From: an uncultured Verrucomicrobiae bacterium
Lineage (GTDB): Bacteria; Verrucomicrobiota; Verrucomicrobiia; Opitutales; JABDGR01
NCBI GenBank assembly: GCA_963765205.1
Contig: CAVXVB010000009.1
Coordinates: 288,001 to 352,000, forward strand
Length of the DNA stretch: 64,000 nucleotides
Direction: 5' to 3'
Below the pieces are notes generated by a model. It did not search any database. It was not told where the DNA came from and was given only the letters and a program-made list of their open reading frames with translations. Made by a program: the position numbers and the translations under genes. Below, piece by piece: positions 41,423 to 51,713 of the stretch (position 1 is the stretch's first letter; every line of letters starts with the position of its first letter).

Positions 41423-41848
41423 TCAGGGCGACGGAAACCGGGGTTCATAGACGGATGTCTCCTGAAATAGAATCACATGGTTGGGGCCCGCCTCCCAGAC
41501 GGTGTCGTTGAGCAGGAATTTGATTTCCCGCGGAGCGTGGTCCTCCGGATAAGTCCAGACCCACTGGCTGTCGGTGAGGCAGGCCATGGGCACCCCCAGA
41601 TCCCAACACAGGCCGCCGCCGTCGCCTCGCAGGTAGAGCGCGTTGCCCCAGCCCACGTTGATATGGGCGATGATGCGATTTTGCTTCTTGGGCGGGGGCA
41701 TCGAGGCCGGCAATTTCCTGGCCGGAGCGCTGGGCACGGAGGCTGGGGGCGCGGCCTTGGGCGTGGCCGCCGCCGAACCGGGAGTCGCCAAGGTTTTGCG
41801 TCGGGTGGCGGGGGCGGCTGCGGCAATCGTATTCATGGGCTGTCTCAT
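41423..41848 (-). CDS. hypothetical protein with Ala/Pro/Lys N-terminus and CBM-like beta domain
   Basis: INVGWGNALYLRGDGGGLCW..GVPM, IKFLLND..WE.GPN. Confidence 0.7.
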   Translation of the reverse strand: MRQPMNTIAAAAPATRRKTLATPGSAAATPKAAPPASVPSAPARKLPASMPPPKKQNRIIAHINVGWGNALYLRGDGGGLCWDLGVPMACLTDSQWVWTYPEDHAPREIKFLLNDTVWEAGPNHVILFQETSVYEPRFPSP

Positions 41849-41941
41849 GGATGAATTCTGGTTTCGTGGTGGATGCGCGGAGTCCAGCGTTTAAAAGTGG
41901 TCGTGGCGGCGGTAAAAAAGCCGCCGCCACGACCCCGGTGG

Positions 41942-42398
41942 TCAGGCGATTTTAACTTCAATTTGCTTGGGTTTGGCTTTTTCGCCCTTGGGCAGGTGGA
42001 CGCGCAACAGGCCGTCCTTGAACTCGGCGTTCACCTTGCCGGCGTCCGCGTCTTCCGGCACGCTGAAGCTGCGGTGGTAACTGCCGTAGGCGCGCTCCAC
42101 CCGGTGGTATTTCTTGCCCTTCTCCTCCTTCTCGAACTTGCGTTCGCCGGAGATGGAGAGCACGCCGTTTTCGACGCTGACGTGGACATCCTCCTTTTTG
42201 ACGTTCGGGCAATTCCGCCTTGATGGCGTATTCCTTGTCGTCCTCGGTGACGTCCACCAACGGCGACCACTTGGCCACGGTCAGGGATTCCTCCTGGCCA
42301 TTGCCGGGCAGGGACGCCGCGCGATTGAAGAGGGTGGAGAGGCGGTTTTGCGCGTCCTCCAACTCTCTGAATGGATTCCAACGAACGAGTGTATTCAT
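41942..42398 (-). pseudogene. Hsp20/alpha-crystallin small heat shock protein, +1 frameshift near 42205
   Basis: LVRWNPFRE, WSPLVDVTE..IKAELP then LSISGERK, RVERAYGSYHRSF, FKDGLL.VHLPK. Confidence 0.88.
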
Positions 42399-42440
42399 GG
42401 TTTTATTTTCCAGTTGAGGTGATGCAAACAAAAATTTGGC

Positions 42441-42890
42441 CTAGGCTTGGCCCCCAAAAGTCACGAAATCGTCCACATCCAGCAGGTCAAAAATGGTGGT
42501 CACATCCTCGCGCAAGGGCGCCACCGCACTCTGCATCTCTTGCAGGTGCGCCCGCATCCCGATACTGGAAGGCGCCCGGGCCTCGAAAAAAGCCGACCAG
42601 GCGGCGATTTCCTGCGGCGTGTGCTTATGCTTCGCATGGGCCTCGATCCAGGCGAGGATGTCGCCGTCGCCTTTGCCCTTGGCCACTTCCTTCTTCAGGG
42701 CCTCGGCATTGATGCCGGCAAAGTTCAGAAAATTCTGATCCAGCGGGCAGTTATAATGAAACTCGCCGTTTTTACGGGCCAGGGTGGCGCGGCATTTGTC
42801 GAGCATCCGCGGCAGCGTGACGTAGCCGCCCAGGCGGACACGGGGACTGCGCGGAGCGCGCTGGGTGAGATCGGGAGCGGAGAGGGTCAT
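42441..42890 (-). CDS. DUF5069 family protein
   Basis: PRSPRVRLGGYVTLPRMLDKCRA, YNCPLD, FDLLDVDD. Confidence 0.78.
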   Translation of the reverse strand: MTLSAPDLTQRAPRSPRVRLGGYVTLPRMLDKCRATLARKNGEFHYNCPLDQNFLNFAGINAEALKKEVAKGKGDGDILAWIEAHAKHKHTPQEIAAWSAFFEARAPSSIGMRAHLQEMQSAVAPLREDVTTIFDLLDVDDFVTFGGQA

Positions 42891-42985
42891 GGTGTTTCTG
42901 GTTTGGATTGCGTTGAGGAAAAATTTGAAATCCCGCGCCGGGCGTTCTCCGGCCTGCCCCGTGCGTAAGCATGATTTTGATGGGA

Positions 42986-44212
42986 TTAGTGCTTCTGCTC
43001 CAACAAGGCCGTGGCGGCCCAGATCGTGGCCAACTGGCCATGCAGGTTGCCCGTGGCGCGTGGCCGCGTCAGGTAGTAACCTTCGTCGTTGGAATGTTCG
43101 GTCAGCACGCCGACATCCAGAATATCGGCATTCGCATTGATTTGCCCGCAAAGGGCGCTCCAGGCTTTCTTGACGGCCGGGCGGAAGGTGGGGGCATCAA
43201 GCCAGCCCTGGTCCACGCCTTCGCCGAGGGCGAAAATAAAATACCCGGTGCAGGAATTTTCTTCCCAGGCCGTGTCATCGTCCAGCACCTGCCGCCAGCG
43301 GCCATCGGGGGCTTGGTATTTGAGCAGCGCGCTCATCATCGCCTGGTAGCTGGCCATGATTTTGGGGCGCTGTGGATCGTTGGCCGGGAGGTTAAGCAGC
43401 ACCTCCGCCAGGCCCGCCGCGATCCAGCCGTTGCCGCGGCCCCAATAAACATGGGCGTCGGGACCGTGAAAAAACAGGCCGCTGGGTTGCTGCAACAGGT
43501 CAATGAATGCGGTCATTTCCTGTACGGCGTGGGCGGCATAGTCCGCCCGCCCGGTGGACTGAAAGGCCAATATTTGCGGCACCGAAATTTTGTAGGCATC
43601 GTCAAGGTAGTAGCGGGTTTCGGAACTCAAGCCTTGGGGGTTGAGCATGGTCCATTGCGCATCCGCGTATTTGAGACCGAGCGTGAGATACTTCTGATCG
43701 TGGGAAGCCGCATCCTTGAACAGTTCCAGCGGCAGAATGCCAAAGACGCTCCGATCCACGTGATCCGGCGTGGGGAGCAGCCCGGAGCCGGCGGAGGTGA
43801 TGATCGCCTGATAGCGCGCAACCACTTGGTCCAGCAAATCAGGGTTATGGATTGCATCGGCGAAGCGGACGGCCCCGTAGCCGCTGCAAGTTTCCAGATA
43901 GGTCAGACCGCCGGACACATCAAGATTGATCCGCCCCAGCAGGTTCTGCACGACCTTGGTTCCGACGATCGCCGGCTCCTGGCCCGCGGGCCAGGCTCCC
44001 CATGAATCATCCGGGTCGGCGGATGCCAGGGCCGGTTTGCCGTCGGCCGGCGGCGGATCCCCGACGGAGCAGGAGGCGGAAAAATAGCCGGCCACCATGA
44101 GGACAATCAGCATGGAAATGAGAGAAAATCCAACCTGGCGCAAACGAGACTTCTGCATGGATGCCTCTCCCTGCGGCGCGCGCTGGGGAATGTCTGGAGT
44201 GGAGTTGGCCAT
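42986..44212 (-). CDS. glycoside hydrolase family 88/105, membrane-anchored
   Basis: YLDDAY, SGLFFHG, YWGRGNGW, Q.PDGRWRQVLD, ENSCTG, HGQ; start uncertain. Confidence 0.85.
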   Translation of the reverse strand: MANSTPDIPQRAPQGEASMQKSRLRQVGFSLISMLIVLMVAGYFSASCSVGDPPPADGKPALASADPDDSWGAWPAGQEPAIVGTKVVQNLLGRINLDVSGGLTYLETCSGYGAVRFADAIHNPDLLDQVVARYQAIITSAGSGLLPTPDHVDRSVFGILPLELFKDAASHDQKYLTLGLKYADAQWTMLNPQGLSSETRYYLDDAYKISVPQILAFQSTGRADYAAHAVQEMTAFIDLLQQPSGLFFHGPDAHVYWGRGNGWIAAGLAEVLLNLPANDPQRPKIMASYQAMMSALLKYQAPDGRWRQVLDDDTAWEENSCTGYFIFALGEGVDQGWLDAPTFRPAVKKAWSALCGQINANADILDVGVLTEHSNDEGYYLTRPRATGNLHGQLATIWAATALLEQKH

Positions 44213-44335
44213 GGTGTTTTTTTGTGAAGGTGAATTAGGTGAAAGGTCGGTCAGCTGTGTTTGAGGTGCGCGCCTTGTGGTCGGGCTGAGGGAAAAATAA
44301 TCCGGATCGGGTGTTCGCGCCATGGGCACTTTCCC

Positions 44336-44848
44336 TTAGCCGGTCACCTCCATCCAGCTGGTCATCTCAATTTCCTCCTCCGGGTCGGGCCGCGGCGCGA
44401 AGAAATCCAGCCCCATGGCCCGGGCGGCGTTTCTCAAAAATTGGAAACGGGGGGAATCCGGCGCGTCCACCCGTTCATTCGAGCTGAGCAAGGCGACCAG
44501 GGCGGAGTCGCCCTCCCGCTTTTGGATGGTGAAATCCTTGACCCATTTTTTGACGGCCGCGGGCAGGTCGCCCGGCCCATTGAAGGAGACGATGACCATG
44601 TCTGCTTCGCTCGCATCGTGCAGCGCGTGGTCAAAGCAGGCGGCGTCTTGCAGGTAGTTGAACTGAATCGGGTGCAGGCACTGGCGCAACTTGCCGTGGA
44701 ATTTATGGCCGAGCCGTTCGAGCGCCTGGGCGGCGCGCAGGGCGGCGTGCAGGTCATTGTAAACCAGGACGACGGACAGGGGGAAGGAGTCACTCGCTTC
44801 GCCCAGGTAGGGGGTGCACTCATCAAGGATTTGGGGTTCGTGTTTCAT
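44336..44848 (-). CDS. conserved hypothetical alpha/beta protein (possibly receiver-like)
   Basis: SVVLVYND...A.EADMVIVS...LPAAVKKWV..ALVALL; first gene after a conserved promoter. Confidence 0.6.
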   Translation of the reverse strand: MKHEPQILDECTPYLGEASDSFPLSVVLVYNDLHAALRAAQALERLGHKFHGKLRQCLHPIQFNYLQDAACFDHALHDASEADMVIVSFNGPGDLPAAVKKWVKDFTIQKREGDSALVALLSSNERVDAPDSPRFQFLRNAARAMGLDFFAPRPDPEEEIEMTSWMEVTG

Positions 44849-44857
44849 ACGAGGCCC

Positions 44858-44923
44858 ATCATACACGAAAATTTTTAATCGTAAATTGGGGCTCCGGCTG
44901 CATCTCGCTAAGAAAATCCCTTA
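44858..44923 (-). promoter_or_regulatory. regulon promoter C: TAAGGGATTTTCTTA-N15-AGCCCCAATTTACG-N16-TATGAT
   Basis: same architecture and spacing as the sites at 49902, 51242 and 55541. Confidence 0.75.
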
Positions 44924-45072
44924 TGATGGGTAGTAGCGCTGTGGGTCGGCAAAGCGGGGTGGGGCGGGATTGCGCTCGCTCCGGCGCCTAAGCGGCGTCA
45001 GGTTGGATTGATCGCGGAGCGACGATGTGCGGGTGCCGCGGTCGGGGCCGTCAAAACTTAATTACAAAACCT

Positions 45073-45660
45073 ATGAGCGACAAACTTGACGCCCTGCTGG
45101 GCCAGATGCGGCAACTGGAAAAGGAACTGCTTCGCGAATTGGGCCGGAAGGAAACTGAATTTTTTTACCGGGTGAAGGACAAAAAGATAAAATTCACCGC
45201 AGCGGCCCAGGCCCGGAACCGGCAGCTGAGGATGGGGTTGGGCCAATATCTGCGCCGTTCGCGCCTGACCGTGGTGGTGACCACGGCGGTGATTTGGTCG
45301 GTGCTGCTGCCCATTGCGTTGCTCGACCTGATGGTGTCGCTTTATCAATCCATTTGTTTCCCCATCTACGAGATTCCGAAGGTCATCCGGCGTGACTACC
45401 TGCTGTTTGACCGGCACCGGCTGGCCTACTTGAATTTGCTGGAAAAGTTGAATTGCGAATACTGCGCCTATGCCAACGGGGTTTTAAGTTATGCCGTGGA
45501 GATCGCCGGGCGGACGGAGCAGCACTTTTGCCCCATCCGGCACGCCTTGCGCATCAAGACCGCGCATAGCCGGTATAAAAATTTCTTCGATTACGGCGAC
45601 GCCGCGCACTACCGGGAGCAAATCGAAGCGGTGCGCCGGAACTTTGACGACCTCAAATAG
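45073..45660 (+). CDS. conserved hypothetical membrane protein, Cys-containing
   Basis: TM segment, YQSICFPIY.IPKV.R.DY, LEKLNCEYCAYANG, RTEQHFCPIRH. Confidence 0.75.
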   Translation: MSDKLDALLGQMRQLEKELLRELGRKETEFFYRVKDKKIKFTAAAQARNRQLRMGLGQYLRRSRLTVVVTTAVIWSVLLPIALLDLMVSLYQSICFPIYEIPKVIRRDYLLFDRHRLAYLNLLEKLNCEYCAYANGVLSYAVEIAGRTEQHFCPIRHALRIKTAHSRYKNFFDYGDAAHYREQIEAVRRNFDDLK

Positions 45661-45714
45661 CCGTCCGCCAAGGCGGCGGGGCGGCGCTCTTGCGCGCCCG
45701 CGGCCTCGCTGGCG

Positions 45715-46279
45715 TCACGGCGCGATGGTGGTTTTGGCGGCGTCCACGGCGGTGCCGGGATTGAGGTAGTCGAAAATGGTGGTGGATTGGGAATCATTCA
45801 CCACGCCGCCGGCAAGAATGGGCCAGCCGAGGAGGTTGCCCTGGTAGAAAATGAGCGTGAGCTTGTAATCAAAGCCGGCTTCGTTGGTTTGCAACCGGAT
45901 GGGTGAGGACAGCCCGTGGATGCGGTTTTTCGATTCGTATTCAAATTGATAGCCCTCCAGCATTTGCACGAACGACTTGCTGGCCTCGTTGGCGTCCAGG
46001 TCCTTGAACTGCACGTTGTTGCTGCCAAACAGGGCCGCGACGATGGCGGTCCGGTTCCAACCGGGTAAAGTCCTCTTCCTGGCGGCCCAGTTGCTTAAAT
46101 ACCTCCGCGCGCGTCATGCCGGGCTTGACCAAGGCCAGCTTGCCCAAAAACTCTTCCCGGCTTTTGTAATAGGACTGGTTCACCAAATCCGTGCCGCCCG
46201 GCACTGGCGCCACGCCCGCACACCCGCCCGCCATCAGCAAAAACAGCGCGAGGACGGTCTTTAATGCTGGCGAATTCAT
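45715..46279 (-). pseudogene. lipoprotein with SmpA/OmlA-like domain, +1 frameshift near 46057
   Basis: lipobox AGGC, KPGMTRAEVFKQLG; continuation in a second frame to 45715. Confidence 0.62.
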
Positions 46280-46325
46280 GGCCGGGGCTTATCGCTCGTT
46301 TGGCAGCGCTCGGTTGTCGTTGGGA

Positions 46326-47069
46326 TTATTCCGGCGCGGCGCCCCCGCCCTGGGCTTCCACCCAGCGCACGGCGTGGCGCACCAGCGATGTCACGTCCGT
46401 TAATTCAAGTTTCTCCTTGATATGACTGCGGTGGACATCCACGGTTTTGGGGCTGAGGTGCAATTGCCTGGCAATCTCGCGGCTGCTTTGGCCCTGGCCG
46501 ATGAGTTGAAAGACCTCGAACTCGCGGTCGCTCAGCTTCGCAATCGGCGAGCTGGAGCCGCGCGGCGTGCGGGAGGTCATGGTCTCCACCATTTTGGCGG
46601 CCATGCGTTCGCTGACGTAGGTTTGCCCGGTGAGCACATGCCGTATGGCCGCGAGCAGTTTTTCGCCGCCGGCTTCTTTCATGATGTAGCCGCGCGCGCC
46701 GGCGCGCAGCACGCGTTCGGCATAGACCAATTCGTCGTGCATCGAGATGACGAGGATGGGCAGCCCGGCGTGCAGCGCGGCGACATCCTTGACAAACTCG
46801 ACTCCGCTGCGGCCCGGCATGGTCATGTCTGTCGCCAGCAGATCGGGCCGATGCTTGGGGATGGTGCTCAAAGCTTCGGCCGGGCTGCCGGCTTCAGCGC
46901 AGACCACCAGATCTATCTGCAAATTGATGAGTTGGGCCAGGCCGGCGCGCATCATGGGATGGTCGTCCACGAGCAAAATCTTTTTGCGCGGGTCGGGGGG
47001 CGGGGGCCGGGGGGTGGCGCCAGTCTTGGGGGTGGGGGAACGGGCCGGGGCGGATGCCTTGGATTTCAT
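46326..47069 (-). CDS. NarL/LuxR-family DNA-binding response regulator
   Basis: LVDDHPMMRAG receiver domain; LSDREFEVFQLIGQG..IARQLHLSPKTVDVHR HTH. Confidence 0.95.
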   Translation of the reverse strand: MKSKASAPARSPTPKTGATPRPPPPDPRKKILLVDDHPMMRAGLAQLINLQIDLVVCAEAGSPAEALSTIPKHRPDLLATDMTMPGRSGVEFVKDVAALHAGLPILVISMHDELVYAERVLRAGARGYIMKEAGGEKLLAAIRHVLTGQTYVSERMAAKMVETMTSRTPRGSSSPIAKLSDREFEVFQLIGQGQSSREIARQLHLSPKTVDVHRSHIKEKLELTDVTSLVRHAVRWVEAQGGGAAPE

Positions 47070-48094
47070 AACGGGGGGCGATACGTGCAGGCGACGATGG
47101 TGCCTTTTTTCGGCTTGGAGGCAATCTCAAGTGTGGCGTGAATCAAATCGGCGCGATACTTCATCATGTGCAGCCCGATGCCGGCGTCCTTGTCCGCCGC
47201 CGGGGGGATGCCGCAGCCATCGTCGCCCACCGTCATGATCAGCGCATCACCATCCTGGTCGAGGGTGAGGCGGATTTTTTTGGCGTGGCTGTGTTTCAGG
47301 GCGTTGTTCACCGCCTCCTGCGCGATGCGGTAGAGGTGGATGGCGGCGGTCGAGTCCGCAATCAGGATATTGGGCTCCGAGCTCAGGGAGCAGTCCACTT
47401 TGGTCATCAGGCGCGTGTTCTCGGCCAGTTCGCGCAGGGCGTTCTCCAGGCCATAGCCATCGAGCGAGACGGGCGCCAGGCCGTGGGACAGGGCGCGGGC
47501 CTGGCGCACCACCACCCGCAGATGGCTGCTGAGGTCTTGAAAGGGCTGGATGAGCGCGGGCGCCTGCGTCCGCACTTGGGTGAGCAGGCCGGTGGTGAAC
47601 AATTCCAGCGCGGTCAGTTGCTGGCCCAGCCCGTCGTGAAAATCGCGCCCGATGCGGCGCAACTCCCGCTCGCTGATTTCGAGGATTTCCCGCTCGAGCC
47701 GCTTCTCCTTGGCGATCTGCGCCAGCACCCGCTGCACAATTGCGGGAATGAACTCCATGAGCTGGCTGTCTTTGATCAGGTAATCGCGGGCGCCGCTTTT
47801 CATCATGTCCACCGCGACGCGCTCGTCGCCCTGGCCGGTGATGATCACGAACGGAACGGAGCGGCCCATTTCCGCGAGACGGTTGATGATGTCCTTGCCT
47901 TTGATGTCGGGGAGTTTGAGGTCCAGGAGCATCAGGTCGGCCGTGTTGATGGCCAGCCACGCAATGGCGTCCTGGCCCGACGCGGCCGTGATCGTGGCCA
48001 GGCCTTCGCGATCCAGGGCTTTGGCGATCAAGCGCGACAAGCCCACGTCGTCGTCCACCACCAGGATCAGGGGTGCTGCGGCGGGTTCAGCCAT
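47066..48094 (-). CDS. hybrid receiver-histidine kinase (HisKA_3)
   Basis: LVVDDD..LDLKLPD receiver; RIGRDFHDGLGQ; RIAQEAVNNALKH; DDGCG. Confidence 0.92.
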   Translation of the reverse strand: MAEPAAAPLILVVDDDVGLSRLIAKALDREGLATITAASGQDAIAWLAINTADLMLLDLKLPDIKGKDIINRLAEMGRSVPFVIITGQGDERVAVDMMKSGARDYLIKDSQLMEFIPAIVQRVLAQIAKEKRLEREILEISERELRRIGRDFHDGLGQQLTALELFTTGLLTQVRTQAPALIQPFQDLSSHLRVVVRQARALSHGLAPVSLDGYGLENALRELAENTRLMTKVDCSLSSEPNILIADSTAAIHLYRIAQEAVNNALKHSHAKKIRLTLDQDGDALIMTVGDDGCGIPPAADKDAGIGLHMMKYRADLIHATLEIASKPKKGTIVACTYRPPL

Positions 48095-48554
48095 GGCCGG
48101 AGAGGCTGGATTTCTGCCCATTCAGCTCGGGCACTTGCACCAGGCTGATAAACAGGCCGAGCTGCTTGATCGCCTCCGAAAATTTCTCGTAGTCCACCGG
48201 CTTGACGATATAGCTGCTGCAGCCGAGTTGGTGGCAGCGCGCGACTTCCCGCGGGTCGTCTGTCGTGGTCAGCATAATCACGGGCATTTTGCGCAAGCCG
48301 GCGTCGGCCTTGATTTGCGACAATACCTCCACGCCGTCAATTTTGGGCATGCGGATGTCCAGCAGCAGCAAATAGGGGCTGCCGGGCTTGCGCTTTTTCC
48401 CGGGGCCGCGGCCAAACAAAAAGTCCAGGATCTCCTGGCCGTTTTCGAAGCGCTGGATGGGGTTGTGCAGGTTCGAGCGCTGGAGATTTTTCTCAATGAG
48501 GCGGGCGTGGCCGGCGTCATCGTCCGCAATCAAAATAACGACTTCTTTGGGCAT
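48087..48554 (-). CDS. single-domain response regulator (Rcp-like)
   Basis: LIADDD, LLDIRMPKIDG, PVIMLTT, YIVKPV. Confidence 0.92.
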   Translation of the reverse strand: MPKEVVILIADDDAGHARLIEKNLQRSNLHNPIQRFENGQEILDFLFGRGPGKKRKPGSPYLLLLDIRMPKIDGVEVLSQIKADAGLRKMPVIMLTTTDDPREVARCHQLGCSSYIVKPVDYEKFSEAIKQLGLFISLVQVPELNGQKSSLSGHG

Positions 48555-48565
48555 AATCTCGCTAT

Positions 48566-49819
48566 CTAAGAATACTCCGCCGGGCTTGGCAAGGAGACAA
48601 TGAACGTGCTGCCCCGCCCGGCTTCCGACTGCACTTGGATTTTGCCGTTTTGCCGTTCGAGGATTTTTTGCGCGATGGTCAGGCCCAGTCCTTCCCCGGA
48701 GGTGGCGGTGGGGTTCAGGCGGTGAAAAATCTCGAACACCTTGGCCTGGTGTTCCGGCGCGATGCCGATGCCGTTGTCCGTCACTTCATAGCAGGACAAG
48801 CCATTCGCCTGGCGGCCGATGATGCTGATTCGGCAGGGCCGCTTCGGGTCGCGATACTTGAGCGCGTTGTCGAGGAGGTTGGAAAAAACCTGGCTGACCT
48901 GGACGGCGTCGCCCAGGCCGGGCGGCAGGTCGCCGATTTGCAGGGTGGCGCCCGCCTCCTTGATCTGGAATTCCATCGCGCGGCTGATGTCGCGCAACAT
49001 GATATTCAGGTCCAGGGTTTCGATATTGAGCGCGGCCCGGCCCAGCCGGGAAAACCGCAGAAAACCGGTGAGCAGGGTCTCCATCTTGGTCACCCCCGCA
49101 TGGATATAAGAAAGGGCCTCGGGGATGTCACCCTCGAGCAAGGCTTGCACCTCCCGTTTCTGGTCCTTCGTTCCCGGCAACTTCGCCAAGTTGTCCTCCA
49201 GTTGCTGGCAGGCATAGGCCAGCTCCCTGCTGAATCCCTGCACGTTCACCAGGGGCGAACGCAGGTCATGGGAGGCGACATAGACCACGGTCTCGAGTTC
49301 CTTGTTTTTATCCACGAGTTCCTGGGACAGTTGGGTCAGCCGGTGCTCGTGCTCCTTGCGCGCGGTGATGTCCGAGCGGATGGCGACATACTGCACGGGT
49401 TTGCCGGCTTCATTCAGGAACGGAAAAATCGTCGTGTCCACCCAGTAGAAAGTGCCGTCTTTGGCCCGATTTTTGATTTCGCCGTGCCAGATTTTGCCAT
49501 GGGCGATCGTTTTCCAGAGCTCGCGGAAGAATTCCCGGGGATGATGGCGCGAATTGATGATGCGGTGGTTCTGCCCGAGCAATTCCGCGCGGGAATATTT
49601 GGAGATTTCGCAAAACTTGTCGTTGACGTAGGTGATGTCGCCCTTGGCGTCCGTGATGGCCACGATCGAGTGCGCGTCGAGAGCCGCCTTGATGTCGCGC
49701 AGTTCCTTCACGGCGGATTGCCCTTGCGGCCCGGACGGCGGCTGGCCGGCGCCGTTCGCCTCATACGCCCGCAGGAGTTTGATCAACTCCGCTTTGGTCA
49801 GTTGGCCGTAATCGGTCAT
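48566..49819 (-). CDS. cytoplasmic PAS-domain histidine kinase (HisKA)
   Basis: [61 protein letters not shown]. Confidence 0.93.
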   Translation of the reverse strand: MTDYGQLTKAELIKLLRAYEANGAGQPPSGPQGQSAVKELRDIKAALDAHSIVAITDAKGDITYVNDKFCEISKYSRAELLGQNHRIINSRHHPREFFRELWKTIAHGKIWHGEIKNRAKDGTFYWVDTTIFPFLNEAGKPVQYVAIRSDITARKEHEHRLTQLSQELVDKNKELETVVYVASHDLRSPLVNVQGFSRELAYACQQLEDNLAKLPGTKDQKREVQALLEGDIPEALSYIHAGVTKMETLLTGFLRFSRLGRAALNIETLDLNIMLRDISRAMEFQIKEAGATLQIGDLPPGLGDAVQVSQVFSNLLDNALKYRDPKRPCRISIIGRQANGLSCYEVTDNGIGIAPEHQAKVFEIFHRLNPTATSGEGLGLTIAQKILERQNGKIQVQSEAGRGSTFIVSLPSPAEYS

Positions 49820-49901
49820 CGCCAAACACTGTGGCGGCTGGGATGGCGCTGGCGACAAAAAAATCGCCGGTGGCGGGGTGGCGGCCTTTGTTCCCGTTCC
49901 C

Positions 49902-49968
49902 TAAGCCGTTTCCTTAGCGAGATTGCGCCATGGCCCGGCTTTACGATGTTCAACGAATCCAGTATTAT
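49902..49968 (+). promoter_or_regulatory. regulon promoter D: TAAGCCGTTTCCTTA-N23-TTTACG-N17-TATTAT
   Basis: degenerate palindrome exactly 38 nt before TTTACG, upstream of LpxR-like copy 2. Confidence 0.6.
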
Positions 49969-50056
49969 TGAGTCAAGCATGCTTCCTCTTCCTCAAATAA
50001 AAGCGGTTGCGTGCATCCTTCGGAACCATTTTTTCAATTCAGCAGGCACCTTCGTC

Positions 50057-51172
50057 ATGGCAACCAAAACCGGCAACTTCTGGATGGGCTTGATCTTGTC
50101 TTTGCTCGCGCTTCCTTCCCTGTCGGCGCAAACCACCAACGCCGGGCCGGTCATGCCGGCCCTGCATGCCGCCCCGGCGTTTCCAGACGGAATCTGGGAA
50201 TTGTCGCACGAGAACGACTGGTTCATCTACAGCGACCGTGATTTCACCGCGGGCCTGCGCCTGGCCTACACGACGCCGAATTACCCGGATTGGGCGGCGG
50301 TTCCGCTGGTGCCGGCCGCCTCTGGCAATTTCTTCAACCGCCTCAGTCTGCTGGACGACCGTCAGGCGGTCGTGGCCGGCGGCATTTACGCCCAGCAGAA
50401 TTTGTATACCCCAAACAAATCCAATTTGAACCCGCCGGACCCAACGGATCGTCCCTATGCCGGCTGGGTCGGTCTTGGGCTGGATTTGATCCGGCAAACG
50501 GCGGACCGCCGCGCCATTCTCGAAACGAACCTGGGCTGGGTCGGGCCGGCCTCTGGCGCGGGCGACTTGCAAAACGGTTTTCATGCCCTGGTCGGGGATT
50601 CGCAATTTCAAGGCTGGGACGATCAAATTAAAAATGAACCCGTCTTGCAATTGACCTACCGGCAGGACTGGCGGCTCGCGGCGTGGTCGAACCTTTCGGC
50701 CGCCGCGCCGGGGCCGTACAATTACGACTTTATCACGCACGCGCTGGCGACGGGTGGCAACGGCTGGGACTACGCGGCGGTGGGCTTCCTGGCGCGTTGG
50801 GGTTATCATTTGCCGTTGGATTTCGGCCCGGCGCGGATGCGCCTGGGGGATATTGACAGCGCGCCCTACGCGGCGCCGGGCGCGCTGAAAAGCTCCGTCG
50901 GGGATGGGTCGTTCGACCCCTTTTCAGCTTATGTCTGTTTTGGCGCGGAAGGCCGGGCCGTGGCGCGCGACATCACCCTCGACGGCAACACGCTGGCCCG
51001 CAGCGCGGGCGTGGTGCGCTGCCCGGTGGTCGGCGAAATTTACGCCGGAGTCGTGACGCAATATAAGAACTTCCGCGGCTCGTTTCTGGTCATCTATGAA
51101 TCCGACACTTTCGAGTCGCAACCCCAGCCCGGCCAATGGCGCGGAGTCGTGACTCTGGGCTGGCAGTTTTAA
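50057..51172 (+). CDS. LpxR/DUF2219 lipid A deacylase-like outer-membrane barrel, copy 2
   Basis: signal peptide, HENDWF..DRDFTAG, QQNLYTP, DRPYAGW, terminal WQF. Confidence 0.87.
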   Translation: MATKTGNFWMGLILSLLALPSLSAQTTNAGPVMPALHAAPAFPDGIWELSHENDWFIYSDRDFTAGLRLAYTTPNYPDWAAVPLVPAASGNFFNRLSLLDDRQAVVAGGIYAQQNLYTPNKSNLNPPDPTDRPYAGWVGLGLDLIRQTADRRAILETNLGWVGPASGAGDLQNGFHALVGDSQFQGWDDQIKNEPVLQLTYRQDWRLAAWSNLSAAAPGPYNYDFITHALATGGNGWDYAAVGFLARWGYHLPLDFGPARMRLGDIDSAPYAAPGALKSSVGDGSFDPFSAYVCFGAEGRAVARDITLDGNTLARSAGVVRCPVVGEIYAGVVTQYKNFRGSFLVIYESDTFESQPQPGQWRGVVTLGWQF

Positions 51173-51241
51173 GGGCCTGGAAAAAACGGGATAAAAAGCG
51201 CCGCATGAGAATGCGAGGTGGCGCCAAAGCACCCGTTGCAA

Positions 51242-51308
51242 TAGGGATTTTTCCTAGCGGAATATGGGCGTGGCTCCAATTTACGGATTTTGTAAAGTCA
51301 TGTAGGTT
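51242..51308 (+). promoter_or_regulatory. regulon promoter A: TAGGGATTTTTCCTA-N15-GGCTCCAATTTACG-N17-TAGGTT
   Basis: shared motif and spacing; upstream of the PRC-BON operon. Confidence 0.75.
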
Positions 51309-51713
51309 GGAACCACACAAAATGAGCGCGGATCAAAATGCCACCCTGGCATTTCCTCCCCACCATTTAGTCAAAAACCATAGAACGGAACCTCCCATGA
51401 AAACGCACCTATCCATCACTGTAGGCGGCCTGCTCGCCTTCTGTCTGCCCTTGCAGACCCAAGCCCAGAACCAGAACGCGCCGGAGGCCATTACGGCCGA
51501 AGGGCATTTCGGCCCCAAGGTTCATTGGGACGCCATTACCGAGGTGCAAGTTACGAACCTGCAGGGCGAATCGCTGGGTCGCATCCAGGATCTCACCCTC
51601 GATTTGTCCAATGGGCGCGTCGTGGAGGTGTTGGTCGTGGCCGACCAGACGCTGCGCACCGGCGGCAAGACGGTCGCCGTGCCGCCACGGGCCTTGATTC
51701 CGGACGAAGTTAA

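Noticed and set aside
48635..50056. N-terminal 474 aa of the 845-aa ORF (apparent fusion to LpxR)
   Set aside because: Antisense to the histidine kinase; the real start with a signal peptide is at 50057.
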